Part shown: positions 27,916 to 41,945 of the stretch, in pieces
How the letters are laid out: each line of letters opens with the position of its first letter
Numbering within the stretch: the stretch's first letter is position 1
Origin: Negaprion brevirostris
Taxonomy: Eukaryota
Reading direction: 5' to 3'
Length of the DNA: 64,000 bases
Assembly (NCBI GenBank): GCA_030324005.1
Contig: JARDVH010000001.1
Span: forward strand, 136,654,419 to 136,718,418
Translations under genes and position numbers: made by a program
The notes under the pieces: generated by a model
What the model saw: the letters and a program-made list of their open reading frames with translations, nothing else
What the model was told of the DNA's origin: nothing
Database searches by the model: none

Positions 27916-29920
27916 CTAGAATGCACACAAAAACATTTAAATATCCATAAATATTTGAATTTATGGCTCTTCATTTCCTCAAATAAATACAAAAATTTTT
28001 TTTTTACAGTTTGGAAGTTGTTCTCTTCAGGATTAGTTATCCATTTCTCATTCCATTGAAATGGTCAGCAAACCCATTTCAATGTCTTTAAATGTGAATA
28101 AAAAGGAGTAGCTTGAATATAATTCCAATTGTCACATCTCCTCCCAATAGCTAGGGAAATTGGTGTGCAGCTACAAAGCATCAGTGATTGAGGGGCTGGA
28201 CACTGAATCCAGTGGCAAGGGTGAACAATTGACACGCCTTGTCCTTTCAGGTTTCTTTAGTATTGCTGCATCAGCACTCATCCAGACATGTGGCAAATAT
28301 ATCAGTACGTGTCTAATTTGAGCCTTATAGGTGGTGAAGAGGTTTTTGGGATCAAGAAGTTCCCCAGGTCACATACAGACTGTCTCATAGGTTGGGGAAC
28401 AGTAAAGCAATGAACTGAACTCCTGTGAACCAGAAATGCGAAAGAAGCAGCTGACAAGGCCCNNNNNNNNNNNNNNNNNNNNNNNNNNNNNNNNNNNNNN
28501 NNNNNNNNNNNNNNNNNNNNNNNNNNNNNNNNNNNNNNNNNNNNNNNNNNNNNNNNNNNNGCTATTATTTCTATCCAACTTTCACCAAATTATTCTTTCA
28601 GTTACTCTGTCTCTCAGCATCTCATATTTCATGTATTTCATTATACCTCCCATTTTCACGTTAACTCCACTTCAGCTACTTAATTATCATATTTTCCATT
28701 TCAGCATGTTACACATCATTCCATCACATGAGCAAGAGTGAGAACATGTGAAATTGTGCATTTTTGCTCCCATCTTTGTATTGTTCCTTTTTAAATGCTG
28801 TTCATCTTTAAATTCTTCCAATTTTGATGAAAGGTCTACACCTTAATCATGAACTGATCTGTTCTCTAATACGAATGCTAACTGACCTTCTGGGTGTGTC
28901 CAGTAATTCTTGCTTCATTTTCACAATTCCAACATTTCAGTTTTTGCTTTTGGCTTATATCAACTTTTAATCTTCATTACAGTACTTTACTATACTTGCA
29001 GTACACAAAACTGAGGGAAACTCATGCAATGAACACAAACTTGGTTATCTATTGAATCTTTTAAACCCGGCTCCCTGGTGCTGTGAGGCAGCAATGCTAA
29101 CCACTGTGATTGGCAAAATAATCAATGATTATATGAAAAATACCTTTCTTAATGCAGAGTGAGTAGCTATGAATGGCAATGCAGAGTTTGAAGGGATGGG
29201 GGAAACAGATTTATTTGTGGCTTACAAGATAATTAGATAAGTACTAGAAGAAAAAATAAATTGCAGGGCTAAGGGATAAAGGTTGAGGTGTGAGGCTAGC
29301 TAAATTGCTCTTAGAGAGCCAGCACAGGTTCAATGGGCCACAAGCCCCTCTTCTTGCTGTAACTATTTATGATGCTGTAAATGTGCAGCACAAGGATTGC
29401 ATAGGTTAGAGAAGAATATTAATTTTGCATTATCCATTCTTTCAACTGTTAATATTTCACACTTGCATTAATAACTGTCAGAGGATTCTAACTAGTTATA
29501 TACATCTTTTGGGATGTCATGACATTTGCTCCGTATTAGAAACTGTTGACAAATTACATCATAGGTTTATAGTTCTCCCACATAACCCATCATTACTGCC
29601 ATTTAAGTAATACAATGGCTGTCATAGCAAATGGTCTTTTTAATTTAGCTGGCCAAAGATATCATGGAAATCTAGTGCTCTAAATACACCAAAAGAATGA
29701 AAACAATATTCATGGCAAAGACCAAGAGAAAAAATTGCAGTAACAAGGGACAAAGGCAGAAAGAAAAGATAAAAACAGTAACCAGACAGAAAAAGACCAT
29801 GTAATGGCTATATCAATGGACAATTCCATTTCAAAACAGGAATTTATGTGTGTAAGTTCATTCTGTACATTTTGGAGTTCATTTATCTATATTTTATCTT
29901 CTCAAGGAATGAAGACTTAC

Positions 29921-30051
29921 ATGTTCAAATCGAAGGACAGGCTCATTGTTGTTATCAAACCCATAGATTTCCACTATTCCATCATCACGGCCAACAAGTA
30001 GCTCTTTGACTCCATCTCCCAGAATATCATAGTAGTCAACACACAGAGCAC
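29921..30051 (-). CDS. BBS7: BBS7 exon 8, [43 protein letters not shown]
   Basis: Acceptor ctgtag|, donor |gtaagt; 131 nt. Confidence 0.97.
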
Positions 30052-30834
30052 CTACAGTCCATACAAAAAAAGCTGAGTCAATTTTTCTCCCCTGAAGAAT
30101 TATTCTTTGCAATTTACCAATTATACACACAATTCTGCTTCCCAATTCTGATTCAAGTATCACACCATTCTGATATTGTAATCCCTTTAAGAACCTAATT
30201 AGGATCCTCAAATTTTATACTTAACACATTGGTGGGAATGTGCTTCCACAAAGACTGCATTAGATCAGGAAGGTCCATCACTACATCTTTTCCGACTACA
30301 AATCAGGCTTTGCCATGATTGTCCACATTTTAACAAGTAATTTAAAAAATATGGACCTGAGATCTGATGTATTTACCCAACTACACAATAAGCTGGGCGG
30401 GTCAGCCAGAAATTCCCCACACTGGGCCACTTTTCAGGAGGCAAGTAGAGCAGGGTGAAGACAACTGTCTTCAAGCTGGTAGACAGCTTGTTAAAATAGT
30501 TGAAAGGTCTATTAAGGTTGATCAGGAGCCAACTAGAATCTTTTAGTCTCCCTGCAATACCCAGACCAGACATGCCTGGAGGCAGTCTCCCAGCGACAGA
30601 CTATGGAATGATGAGGGCAGCGCACCAGGGCTAATTTAAGGACCCCACCACCCTCACAGCTGCCATACCTACATGGTCACAGCTGCAGTCACAATGGTGT
30701 CCAGTAGCTATAGCCATTTCTGTACAAAGTGCTAAGACACGTCCGCTCATCATTTCCTGCTTTTTCAGATTGCAGCTCCTTCAGTGCTGGAGAGTATACC
30801 ATTGGCTCTTCAGCATCAGGCGTGGAAATTTGGC

Positions 30835-31355
30835 ACGTCAGCCATGACTCTCACCAATTTTTACAGATGCACCATAAAAAGAACCATTTCTGGATGTATC
30901 ACAGCTTAGTATGGCTCCTGCTCTGACCACAACCATGGGTAACTGCAAAGCACTGTGAATGTAGCACAGTCCTTCATGCAAACCAGGCTCCCATCCATTG
31001 ACTCCATCTACACTTCCCACTGCTTCGGAAAAGCAGCTAGCATAATCAAGATCCCACACCCCAGACATATCGCGTCCATCAGGAAACAGATACAAAAGTT
31101 TGAGATCACATACCAACCAACTCAATGGCACTGAATCCCCAATGGCCGTCAGCATTTGTTCTATATCAGGCTTTTGAATGGACCTATCATATGTTAAGCT
31201 CATCTTTCTCTATACCCCAGCTATGATAGTAACACTGTATTCTGCACCAGCTTTTTTCCTTCTCCCCTATGTACTCTATAAACAGTATGCTTTGCCAATA
31301 CAGAAACAATACTTTTCATTGTATCCCAATACATGTGACAATAATAAATCAAATA
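30835..31355 (+). mobile_element. 3' fragment of the same Rex1/Babar-like LINE
   Basis: Similar to 35640-36145, including the aataaatcaaat tail. Confidence 0.8.
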
Positions 31356-32766
31356 TTAAGTTGATCTTTCTCTACACCNNNNNNNNNNNNNNNNNNNNNN
31401 NNNNNNNNNNNNNNNNNNNNNNNNNNNNNNNNNNNNNNNNNNNNNNNNNNNNNNNNNNNNNNNNNNNNNNNNNNNNNNNNNNNNNNNNNNNNNNNNNNNN
31501 NNNNNNNNNNNNNNNNNNNNNNNNNNNNNNNNNNNNNNNNNNNNNNNNNNNNNNNNNNNNNNNNNNNNNNNNNNNNNNNNNNNNNNNNNNNNNNNNNNNN
31601 NNNNNNNNNNNNNNNNNNNNNNNNNNNNNNNNNNNNNNNNNNNNNNNNNNNNNNNNNNNNNNNNNNNNNNNNNNNNNNNNNNNNNNNNNNNNNNNNNNNN
31701 NNNNNNNNNNNNNNNNNNNNNNNNNNNNNNNNNNNNNNNNNNNNNNNNNNNNNNNNNNNNNNNNNNNNNNNNNNNNNNNNNNNNNNNNNNNNNNNNNNNN
31801 NNNNNNNNNNNNNNNNNNNNNNNNNNNNNNNNNNNNNNNNNNNNNNNNNNNNNNNNNNNNNNNNNNNNNNNNNNNNNNNNNNNNNNNNNNNNNNNNNNNN
31901 NNNNNNNNNNNNNNNNNNNNNNNNNNNNNNNNNNNNNNNNNNNNNNNNNNNNNNNNNNNNNNNNNNNNNNNNNNNNNNNNNNNNNNNNNNNNNNNNNNNN
32001 NNNNNNNNNNNNNNNNNNNNNNNNNNNNNNNNNNNNNNNNNNNNNNNNNNNNNNNNNNNNNNNNNNNNNNNNNNNNNNNNNNNNNNNNNNNNNNNNNNNN
32101 NNNNNNNNNNNNNNNNNNNNNNNNNNNNNNNNNNNNNNNNNNNNNNNNNNNNNNNNNNNNNNNNNNNNNNNNNNNNNNNNNNNNNNNNNNNNNNNNNNNN
32201 NNNNNNNNNNNNNNNNNNNNNNNNNNNNNNNNNNNNNNNNNNNNNNNNNNNNNNNNNNNNNNNNNNNNNNNNNNNNNNNNNNNNNNNNNNNNNNNNNNNN
32301 NNNNNNNNNNNNNNNNNNNNNNNNNNNAATCTCTCTACCTCTACCCTATCCATCCCCTTCATTATCTTATATGTCTCTATAAGATCCCCCCTCATCCTTC
32401 TAAATTCCAACAAGTACAAACCCAGTCTATTCAGCCTCTCTTCATTGTTCAACCCTCTCATCTCCGGTATCAGCCTAGTGAAGAGCTGATGAAATGATTT
32501 GAAGCATACATGCCTAATGCTGGGCATTTCTTGCCAAATATTGAAATTAAACACATGTTATAAGATATCTAATTGCTTTATCCCAGTTTTAACCCTAATA
32601 TTCTAAGTCTCCAAACTTGATTTGATGTACCTTTGGTTCCCTTGTCAAATCTCAAGTGATGGAAGATGTACTATATGACAATAATGCAACCGCTTCCCTT
32701 TTAGGGAACAAAAACAATTAAAAACAATTAAAACAAAATGTTTTAACAATACAAAGCAGTTCTTGC

Positions 32767-32883
32767 CTCCTCTTTTTTTCTCATTGGAGATTTCCCAACG
32801 ACGCAATGAAGAGCTTTTTGTGATCTGGACTAGTCCTAACTTCCCATCAGATGTTCCATACAGTACCTCCTCCCCAGAGTCTC
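32767..32883 (-). CDS. BBS7: BBS7 exon 7, [38 protein letters not shown]
   Basis: Acceptor gtttag|, GC donor |gcaaga; 117 nt. Confidence 0.94.
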
Positions 32884-33896
32884 CTAAACAAATGGAATAA
32901 TAAGTCAATATTACAGTTTACTGTCCTTCAAACATAACAGTATTTAGAAAACTGATTTAATCAAAATAAACACTTCAATGGAACAATTAAAACAGATACT
33001 GTTGGGAGAAAATACACAACTTGATTACTCTGGTCAAAGACACAACATGAATAATGATCATATTGCCACAAAAAGTAATCACTGGACACTAATTGAAAGT
33101 ATTTTCCTTTCTTGTTTACATACAAAATGTTTCCTGCTGGATATTATCCATTATGACTGGAGACTAAATGGTAATTAGAGAAAAATGAGAACAGATCATT
33201 TGAGCTCATGATACTCACATTGCTTTATTTATGGCATGAATTTAGGAATTCTGCACTTGGGAACATCCTATGTAAGACAATGTATAAACGCAAGTTACTG
33301 CTTACAACATTATTTAGTTGAATATTATGTAGGGAAAAGCTATGGCTAAGGCCATACTTCTGCCAGTCTTCTCAAGTAGCTGGCAAAGGACTTCCAGTGC
33401 AGGAAGGTTTTTTGACCCAGTATGTAGATAGGCCAACTAGAGGTGAGGCTATATTGGATTTGGTGCTGGGAAANNNNNNNNNNNNNNNNNNNNNNNNNNN
33501 NNNNNNNNNNNNNNNNNNNNNNNNNNNNNNNNNNNNNNNNNNNNNNNNNNNNNNNNNNNNNNNNNNNNNNNNNGGCGTTTAAGAGATCCGTGGATAGGTT
33601 TATGGACGAAAAGGGATGGGTTTAGGTTAGTGGGTCATTGTTTTTTAACTCGTCGGCGCAACATCGTGGGCCGAAGGGCCTGTTCTGCGCTGTAATGTTC
33701 TATGTAATACATGTGCATACTGTATATGAAGCACCATATAGTGAATTTGGGTAAAAACAACCAGTTACAGTAGCTGTTATTGGACATTATTAAAGTACAA
33801 TGATCATGGCTCATCTTGTAATTTACATCCCAACTGTATCACTGCTGCAGGATAAACCATAATAATAATCATACATAACACCAACATCATACTTGC

Positions 33897-33969
33897 CCCC
33901 ATTTCCGTTATGTAATGCCAGGACCTTGGGTGCTCCAGAGACCTCCACTTCATACAACAGGTCAGATCC
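33897..33969 (-). CDS. BBS7: BBS7 exon 6, GSDLLYEVEVSGAPKVLALHNGNG
   Basis: Acceptor aaccag|, non-canonical GC donor |gcaagt; 73 nt. Confidence 0.94.
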
Positions 33970-34472
33970 CTGGTTAAATATATCAAGACTATCAAATATG
34001 TTAACCAATATGTAATCAGAGACAATTTTAAATGTCATAAAGGCTTCTATTTCCACAGATCAATAAAAAAATGAAAATGGAGCCAACTGTAATTTGCCAA
34101 TGCTCAAGAATCAAAAAGATTAAAATCCTATAACTGAAAAATACTTAGCCACTGAACCATAGAGGTTTACATCAAATAAGACCATTCAACCTACAATATT
34201 GACTTTTATTCAAGCAATCCAAACTAATCTCACATACCAACCTTCCCCTATAACTCAGCGGCCGGAATTTTTCCAGCTCACAGAATGGAATTCTCCGTTG
34301 GGCTCAGGCGGGATTCTACGAGCTTCGTCCAAGCGAGGTCGTAAAATCCACCCAGTATCCTTCTTAATTCAAATATTGAGGGTGACTCTTATTTTTCCTT
34401 CAGTATTTTTCCATTAGTCATCTGCATCCAAGCTATGCCTCATCATTTAACTATTTTATAATTTTATCTAAC

Positions 34473-36145
34473 AGCTTTCTCGAAGGTCAACCCACAGAAA
34501 GTGACTGGCCCAGATGTGGTCCCCAGACAAGCACTCAGAACCTGCAACGTTCAGCTGGCAGGGATACTCGTAGACACCTTCAACCTCTTTTTGCAACAAT
34601 CTGAGGGTCCCTATCGGCTTTAAGAATACAACCATCATCCCAGTGTCTAACAGAAACCAAGCAGCATGCCTCAATGACTATTGTCCGGTAACTCTAACAT
34701 ACATCATTAAGAAATGCTTCAATAGGCTAGTTATGGCACGAATCAATTTCAGCGTCCCAGACTGCCTGGATCCACAACAGTTCGCCTTTCACTGCAACAG
34801 GTCTACAGCAGACGCCATCTCCCTGACCCTGCACTCAACTCTGGAACACCTAGATAACAAAGACACCTATGTCAGACTCCTATTTATTGACTACAGCTCA
34901 GCCTTTCAACACCATTATTCTGACAAAACTCATTTCCAAACTCCATGGCCTGGGCCTCGGCTCCTCGCTCTGTGACTNNNNNNNNNNNNNNNNNNNNNNN
35001 NNNNNNNNNNNNNNNNNNNNNNNNNNNNNNNNNNNNNNNNNNNNNNNNNNNNNNNNNNNNNNNNNNNNNNNNNNNNNCATTATTCTGACAAAACTCATTT
35101 CCAAACTCCATGGCCTGGGCCACGGCTCCTCGCTCTGTGACTGGATCCTGAACTTCCTAGCTTACAGACCACAATCAGTAAGGAATGGCAACAACGCCTC
35201 CTCCACAATCATCCTCAACATCGATGCCCCACAAGGCTGTATTCTCAGCCCCCTACTGTACTCCTTATATACCTATGATTGGTGGTCAAATTCACCTTCA
35301 ATTTGATTTTCAAGTTTGTTGACAGCACCACCGTAATGGGTCAGATCTCAAACGATGAAGAGACAGATTTCAGGAATGAGACAGAGAATTTGGTGAATTG
35401 GTGTGGTGACAGTAATCTCTCCCTCAATGTCAACAAAGCGAAGGAGATTATCATCAACTTCAGGAAGCATAGAGGAGAACATGCCCCTGTCTACATCAAT
35501 GGGGATGAAGTAAAAAAGGTCAAGAGGTTCAAGTTTTAAGGTGTCCTGATCACCAACAACTTGTCCTGGTCCTCCCATGTCGACACTATAGTTAAGAAAA
35601 TCCACCAAAGCTTCTACTTTCTCAGAAGACTACGGAGATTTGGCATGTCAGCTTTGACTCTCACCAACTTTTAGAGATGCACCATAGAAAGCATTCTTTC
35701 CAGTTTTGTATCACAGTTTGGTATGGCTCCTGCTCTGCCCAAGACCACAAGAAACTACAAAAGGTCATGAACATAGCCAAATCTGTCACGCAAACCAGCC
35801 GCCCATCCACTGATTCTGTCTACACTTCCCACTGCCTCGGCAAAGCAGCCAGCATAATTAAGGAACCCACATACCCCAGAGGTTCTCTCTTCCACCTTCC
35901 TTCTTTCGGGTCTGAGGTCACGTGCCAACTGACTCAAGAACAGCTGCCTCCCTGCTGCCGTCAGACTTTTGAATGGACCTACCTTGCATTACATTGATCT
36001 TTTTCTACGCCCTATCTATGACTGTAAGACTACATTCTGCACTCTCTCGTTTCTTTCTCTATCAACAGTATGCTTTGTATAGCGTGCAAGAAACAATACT
36101 TTTCACTGTATGCTAATACATGTGACAGTAATAAATCAAATCAAA
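34473..36145 (+). mobile_element. 5'-truncated Rex1/Babar-like LINE, decayed reverse transcriptase
   Basis: Broken ORFs [10 protein letters not shown]...[13 protein letters not shown]...[11 protein letters not shown] and APQGCILSPLLYSLYT; ends in aataaatcaaatcaaa. Confidence 0.88.
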
Positions 36146-36887
36146 AATTATTTAACAAAACTCAATTCTACAAAAATGCAGTTACATATCACAACACCAA
36201 TTCTTATTTTACTTGGCTCAGGTAGTCTGTCCTATGCAGAAATTTCTCCAACATGTATTACTCATGCTCTCTCTGCAGCTCTCCACTAGTTAACCCATTA
36301 AACTCTTTTAGCTATAAAACAATATTGCTCTGTTACATTACACTCTATTCTACATCCTCATTGCCGAGTCATCTTGCTTGACAAACAAATAAATCCCAAC
36401 AATTTTCTTTCAAAGCCTGGTCAAAGATTGTTCTCACAGCTTTCCACATATATGACATACTTTCCATATTAACAGAGAGTAGGAAGTACCAGTCATTCAT
36501 AGGTTGGCAGGCTGTGACTAGTGGTGTACTGCAAAGTTCAGTGCCTGGGCCCCAGCTATTCACAATCAATACCAATGATGTGGGGACCAAATATAATATT
36601 TCCAAGTTTGCTTATTGCGCAAAACTTGATGGAACGCAAACGTAAGTTAGGAAGAAGTCACACAGAGGCTTCAAGGAGATTTAGACAAGCTTCGTGAGTG
36701 AGCAAGACCATGGCAGATGGATTATTATGTGGAAAAAAATGAAGTTATCCACTTTGGGAGGGAAAAACAGAAATGCAGAATATTTCTTAGATGGTTAGAG
36801 ATTGGGTGTTCTTGTTCATAAGTCACTGAAAGTAGATGCAGCAAAGAATTCGGAAGGCAAATGGCATTTTGCTCTTTATTACAAGAG

Positions 36888-37230
36888 GCATAGTGGTTAC
36901 CACTGCTGCCTCACAGCACCAGAGACTCGGATTCAATTCCAGCCTTGGGTGACTGTGTGGAGTTTGCACATTCTCCCCATGTCTGTGTGGGTTTCCTCCA
37001 GGTGCTCTGGTTTCCTCCCATGGTCCAAAGATGTGTGGGTCAGGTGGATTGGCTATGTTAAATTGCCACTTAGTATCCAAAGATGAGTTAGGTTAGGGGG
37101 ATTGGAAGGCTAAATGCGTGGGGTTATGGGAATCAGATGGAGGTTGGTGCTGGTAAGATGCTCTGATGGATAATCAGTGCAGACTCAATAGGCCGAATGG
37201 CTTCCTTCTGCACTATAGAGATCTTATGAT
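36888..37230 (+). mobile_element. V-SINE (HE1-like) inserted in a CR1-like LINE fragment (about 36477-37410)
   Basis: SINE head and core interrupt the LINE RT 3' sequence, which resumes at ggagtacaggagtaaag. Confidence 0.8.
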
Positions 37231-38419
37231 TGGAGTACAGGAGTAAAGACAGCTTATTGCAATTGTATAGAGCCTTGGTGAGGCCGCACCTGCAGTACTC
37301 CTTACCCAAGGAAGGATATTCTTGCTGTACAGAAAGTTAACAAAGGTTCACCAGACTGATTCCTAGGACAGCTGGATTATCCTACAGAGGAAAGATTAAG
37401 GAGACTGGGTGTATTTTTGTCATGGAAAACAGGGAAATCATGTCATGTATGTTTGAATAACAAGTGATCTCACTGAAGCTGTTGCAAGACCAGATTTACC
37501 TTTCCATCGGATAACGTTCAGCATGTCCTGGAATTTCAGCACATGCGAAGACCAGGCTGATCATATGACCCAAGAGAAGGGCACCACAATCGGAAAAGAG
37601 TCATCAACAGAAGATAGGGAGACATTCCAAAGTGAGACTCAAACGCCAAGGACAGTAAAGGCGTGCATTTAAAGAGAAATAACCAAGGTAAAAACTACCA
37701 GGGAGTGGAGCAAAGGAAGAATGGGTTCAAAGCAGAAAAAGGCTGCAATTAGCACACTATTGAGGGTATGGGGGAAGCCCTGGAGATTGAAGAAGGCAAA
37801 AGGTTGGTAATTCTATGCTGCGGCCATTAGGGCAGTTAACATGACATCTGTTGTAGGGAAACTGATAAAATCCACTATTAAGGAAGGTATAGCATGGCAA
37901 TTAGAAAATCTCAAAGAAAAATCACGTTTGACCAATTCTCTGGAGTAGTCGCATTCTGTTCATCACAGCTTAAGAACTGAAACTGGTTGGTTGTTGGTGC
38001 TGGAGTGCAACTTGGCAATCCAGAGGAATGGAGTCTTGGAAGATGAAATTGAAATCCTGCAAGGTGCAGTTATTGAAGTGGTCCAAGACAGAGGGACTAT
38101 TGGAGGGAATCTAGAGATCTTTGAAGACTGGAATCTCTTGAGAGGGGGATACAGGGATAGTGTGAGAAAATGGCTTTGACATAAGTCAGCTACAATCTAA
38201 GTGAATGGTGGAGCAGGTTCAATGAACCAAAAAGCATTTTCCTATTCTTATTCCTTATGCTCATATGTAAAACGTGACTGTTTCAGTTTTAACATCCAGT
38301 GTTCATGCAGGGAGGGAAGAATATCCATGTTACGTGTCTAGAACCAGAGGCTTCTCAATTTAATACATACAGAGTTCATCATTTGCCAAGGCATGCTAAC
38401 AAATCGCTTATTATTTATA

Positions 38420-38732
38420 GAATCATAGAATACCTACAGGGCGGAAGGAGCCCATTCAGCCCATCAAGGCTGCACCAACCACAATCCTACCCAGCCCTAT
38501 CCCCGTAACCCCACGGATTTACCCTGCTAGTCCCCGACACTAACTGGCAATTTAGCATGGCCAATCAACCTCACTTGCACATCTCCGGACTGTGGGAGGA
38601 AACCGGAGCACCCAGAGGAAACACACACCGACATGGGGAAAATGTACAAACTCCACACAGACAGTGACTCAAGCCAGAAATCAAACCCAGGTCCCTCACG
38701 CTGTGAGGCAGCAGTGCTAATCACTGTGCCAC
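38420..38732 (-). mobile_element. tRNA-derived V-SINE (HE1-like), near full length
   Basis: tRNA-like head (ggtggcacagtgattagcactgctgcctcacag...), V-domain core (gtttcctctgggtgctccggtttcctcccacagtcc) and ttctatgattcta tail. Confidence 0.88.
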
Positions 38733-38927
38733 CTTATTGCCCATTTATAATTGTTGATGAAATAATTTCAAAGCTTAACTCACTATGATTTTACCATTCT
38801 TCTCAATGCTTTTTATCTAAACTTATGTGAATATGTTAAAAACTCAACATTTAAAAGTAACTATTTTTCTAAACCCAAACTGTGAAAAAAGGTCAAAAAT
38901 TATGCAATAACAAATCTGTCGTATTAC

Positions 38928-39114
38928 CTTTAAAACTCTGAGTACCCGATCTTGGCAGGCTAATATCGGTGTAATATGATCTACTTTTTCCACTGGTAAG
39001 CAGATTATATCATTGATCTTGTCACTAGACAGGTAGTAGTCCTGATCTTTACAATCACAATAGTGATTATAGATATAATTGGCACATAAGAAAAGGTCTG
39101 CACCAGACACATAC
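38928..39114 (-). CDS. BBS7: BBS7 exon 5, [24 protein letters not shown]...[11 protein letters not shown]
   Basis: Acceptor ttacag|, donor |gtaata; 187 nt; lies inside ORF 38844..39185. Confidence 0.97.
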
Positions 39115-39909
39115 CTGTAAAGAATCAATATGCAGTGAGAATTTATTGAACATTTTAAAGTGAAAAGGCAATTCAACATGAACAAATACTTTTTCAGTGG
39201 AACAAATTAAACAAAACACCATATTCTGTATACTGGTAGCCTTCTGTTTCATAGAAGATGAGTGATGGTCAACTCTGTGTTAGACATTGCCTAATGCAGC
39301 TCAGGCACCTGACACTGGCATGGAGGGGCTGNNNNNNNNNNNNNNNNNNNNNNNNNNNNNNNNNNNNNNNNNNNNNNNNNNNNNNNNNNNNNNNNNNNNN
39401 NNNNNNNNNNNNNNNNNNNNNNNNNNNNNNNNNNNNNNNNNNNNNNNNNNNNNNNNNNNNNNNNNNNNNNNNNNNNNNNNNNNNNNNNNNNNNNNNNNNN
39501 NNNNNNNNNNNNNNNNNNNNNNNNNNNNNNNNNNNNNNNNNNNNNNNNNNNNNNNNNNNNNNNNNNNNNNNNNNNNNNNNNNNNNNNNNNNNNNNNNNNN
39601 NNNNNNNNNNNNNNNNNNNNNNNNNNNNNNNNNNNNNNNNNNNNNNNNNNNNNNNNNNNNNNNNNNNNNNNNNNNNNNNNNNNNNNNNNNNNNNNNNNNN
39701 NNNNNNNNNNNNNNNNNNNNNNNNNNNNNNNNNNNNNNNNNNNNNNNNNNNNNNNNNNNNNNNNNNNNNNNNNNNNNNNNNNNNNNNNNNNNNNNNNNNN
39801 NNNNNNNNNNNNNNNNNNNNNNNNNNNNNNNNNNNNNNNNNNNNNNNNNNNNNNNNNNNNNNNNNNNNNNNNNNNNNNNNNNNNNNNNNNNNNNNNNNNN
39901 NNNNNNNNG

Positions 39910-40200
39910 ATACATGGATTTGGGCCTGTGTCTGTGGGAGTTTGCGTATTCTCCCTGTGGTTGCGTGGGTTTCCTCCGGGTGCTCTGGTTTCCTCCCACA
40001 CCCCAAAGATGTGCTCTTAGGCTAATTGATGTAATAAATTGTCCCTAAATTATTCTCCCCTTAGTCTGGTTTCCAATGGGGATACCATAAGCATAGACAT
40101 GGGTCAAGGATGGAGGAGGAAAAACACATTGTTAAGATGGCGGCGCTGGCTCATTGGGCCGAAGGGCCTGTTTCCCGTGCTGTGTTGTTCTTTGTTCTTA
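39910..40200 (+). mobile_element. V-SINE 3' part after a gap
   Basis: V core and gggccgaagggcctgtt tail. Confidence 0.75.
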
Positions 40201-40842
40201 TCTGGGTGTCTTGGTACAACAATAGGGACAAATTAATATGAAGGTACAGCAAATGATTAGAAAGGCAAATGGAATACTGGTGTTTATTGCAAGAGTAATG
40301 AAATATTAAAGAGGGAATGTTTTGCTATGACTGTACATGGGTATAAGGTGCTGGCTAGACCATATTTACAGTACTGTGCACAGTTTTGGTCTCCTTATTT
40401 AAGAAAGGATATAAATGCATTAGAAACAGTTCAGAGAAAGTTCACTCAACTGACCTTATCTGTTGGAGTTTAGAAGATTGAGAAATTATCTTATTGAAAC
40501 ATGTGAGATACTGAGGGATCTTGATAGGTGGATGCTGAATGGATTTTACCCCTTGTGAGAGAAACTGGAACGAGGAGATGCAGATTTTTTTAAAAAAAGG
40601 GGTTGCTCATTCAAGATGGAGATAAGAGGAAATGGTTCCTCTCAGAAGTCATAAATCTATGGAACTCTCCTCCTCAGAGCCTGGAGGCAGGATCAACAAA
40701 TATTTTTAAGACAAAGGTGGATAGGTTCTTGACTAAACAAGGGAGTCAAAGATTATTGGTGTTAGACAGAGTGTGCAGTTGAGGCCACAATCAGATCACA
40801 CATTATCTCAAGGTGTCAAATAGCCTACTCCTGCTCCTATTT
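40200..40842 (+). mobile_element. CR1-like LINE 3' fragment
   Basis: Similar to 53850-54617; ends cctactcctgctcctat. Confidence 0.8.
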
Positions 40843-41274
40843 GTTTAAATACCCCTCCAACCATCCAGAAGTCACAGCCATCACAGCTGTCTCTAAGTTG
40901 TCAGTGTCAATGTCCACCATTTGCATATCTCACTTGCAGGTGTCCAATGAACATTGCCAAGACAGCCCAGATATTGTTTGCTTAATGATGAGTGTATGGA
41001 ATCGGCACACTCTAGGACCTCTGAATTGGTGACCTTGTCCTGCCAAGAGATACCAAGGATATGTCCAAGATCGTGAAGGTGGAAACTGTTTAACCTTTTC
41101 ACTTGTCAAACACATTGTCCAGGTCTCACTAGTGTAGAGGAATGCACTGAGGACACAGGCTTGATAGACCCGCAGTTTGGTGTTCTCAAGTCAGGTTACT
41201 GTTGTTCCACACTCCTACTCAACTTGGACATGACAGCTACAGCTTTGTCTATTGATATCAGCAAGTGACAGATC

Positions 41275-41583
41275 ATAGATCATAGAATTCTACAGCATAG
41301 GAGGCCATTTGGTCCATTGAGTCTGTACCAACCACGAACCCACTCAGGCCCTATCCCCATAATCCCATGCATTTCCCCTAGCTAGTCCCCCTGACACTAA
41401 GGGGCAATTTATCATGGCCAATCCACCTAACCCAAATATCTTTGGACTGTGGAAGAAAACCAGAGCACCCAGAGAAAACCTATGCAGACATGGAGAGAAC
41501 GTGCAAACTCCTCAGACTGTGACCCAAGCCAGGAATTGAACTCGGGTCCCTGCTGCTATGAGGCAGCAGTGCTAACCACTGTG
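41275..41583 (-). mobile_element. V-SINE (HE1-like)
   Basis: Same head, core and tail as 38420-38732. Confidence 0.85.
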
Positions 41584-41945
41584 CAGTAGAGTCTAGATGT
41601 GTGGAGCCTAGATAAGTGATGCTCTCAGCAATCGTCAGTTTAATGTTGTTAATGCTGATAGATGGCATACATATATTCATTCCATATCTTCAAATGTAAA
41701 TCCCTGAGTATGTGGCTGCAAGATAAACAGTATTTCACTCTTCTTCTAAAACAGAATGGAGGGTAATTAGTGTTTCCTCAAAAGCAGCACATAGGGAACT
41801 TGTTGGTGGAGAGGAAGAGCAGATATTTGATTAACACTTGGATAACAATCAATGAAATGCTGTGTGGAACAGCAAGCAGTAAATCTGGAGAAGGAAGCCT
41901 TACTTCGGAACAAAAAAAGATGGGTACAATTCATGGATGACTTAC

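Noticed and set aside
31178-32554. Long ORFs of 160-440 aa in the ORF track (also 16585-17311, 27168-27686, 39258-40048)
   Set aside because: They are open only because they run through N gaps. The real flanking sequence is LINE or SINE fragments.
34909-35142. Apparent tandem duplication inside the Rex1/Babar element (similar case at 51468-51608)
   Set aside because: Near-identical sequence on both sides of a 100-N gap points to an unmerged contig overlap, not a biological duplication.
38650-38732. tRNA-like A/B box sequences
   Set aside because: These are heads of V-SINE copies, not tRNA genes.
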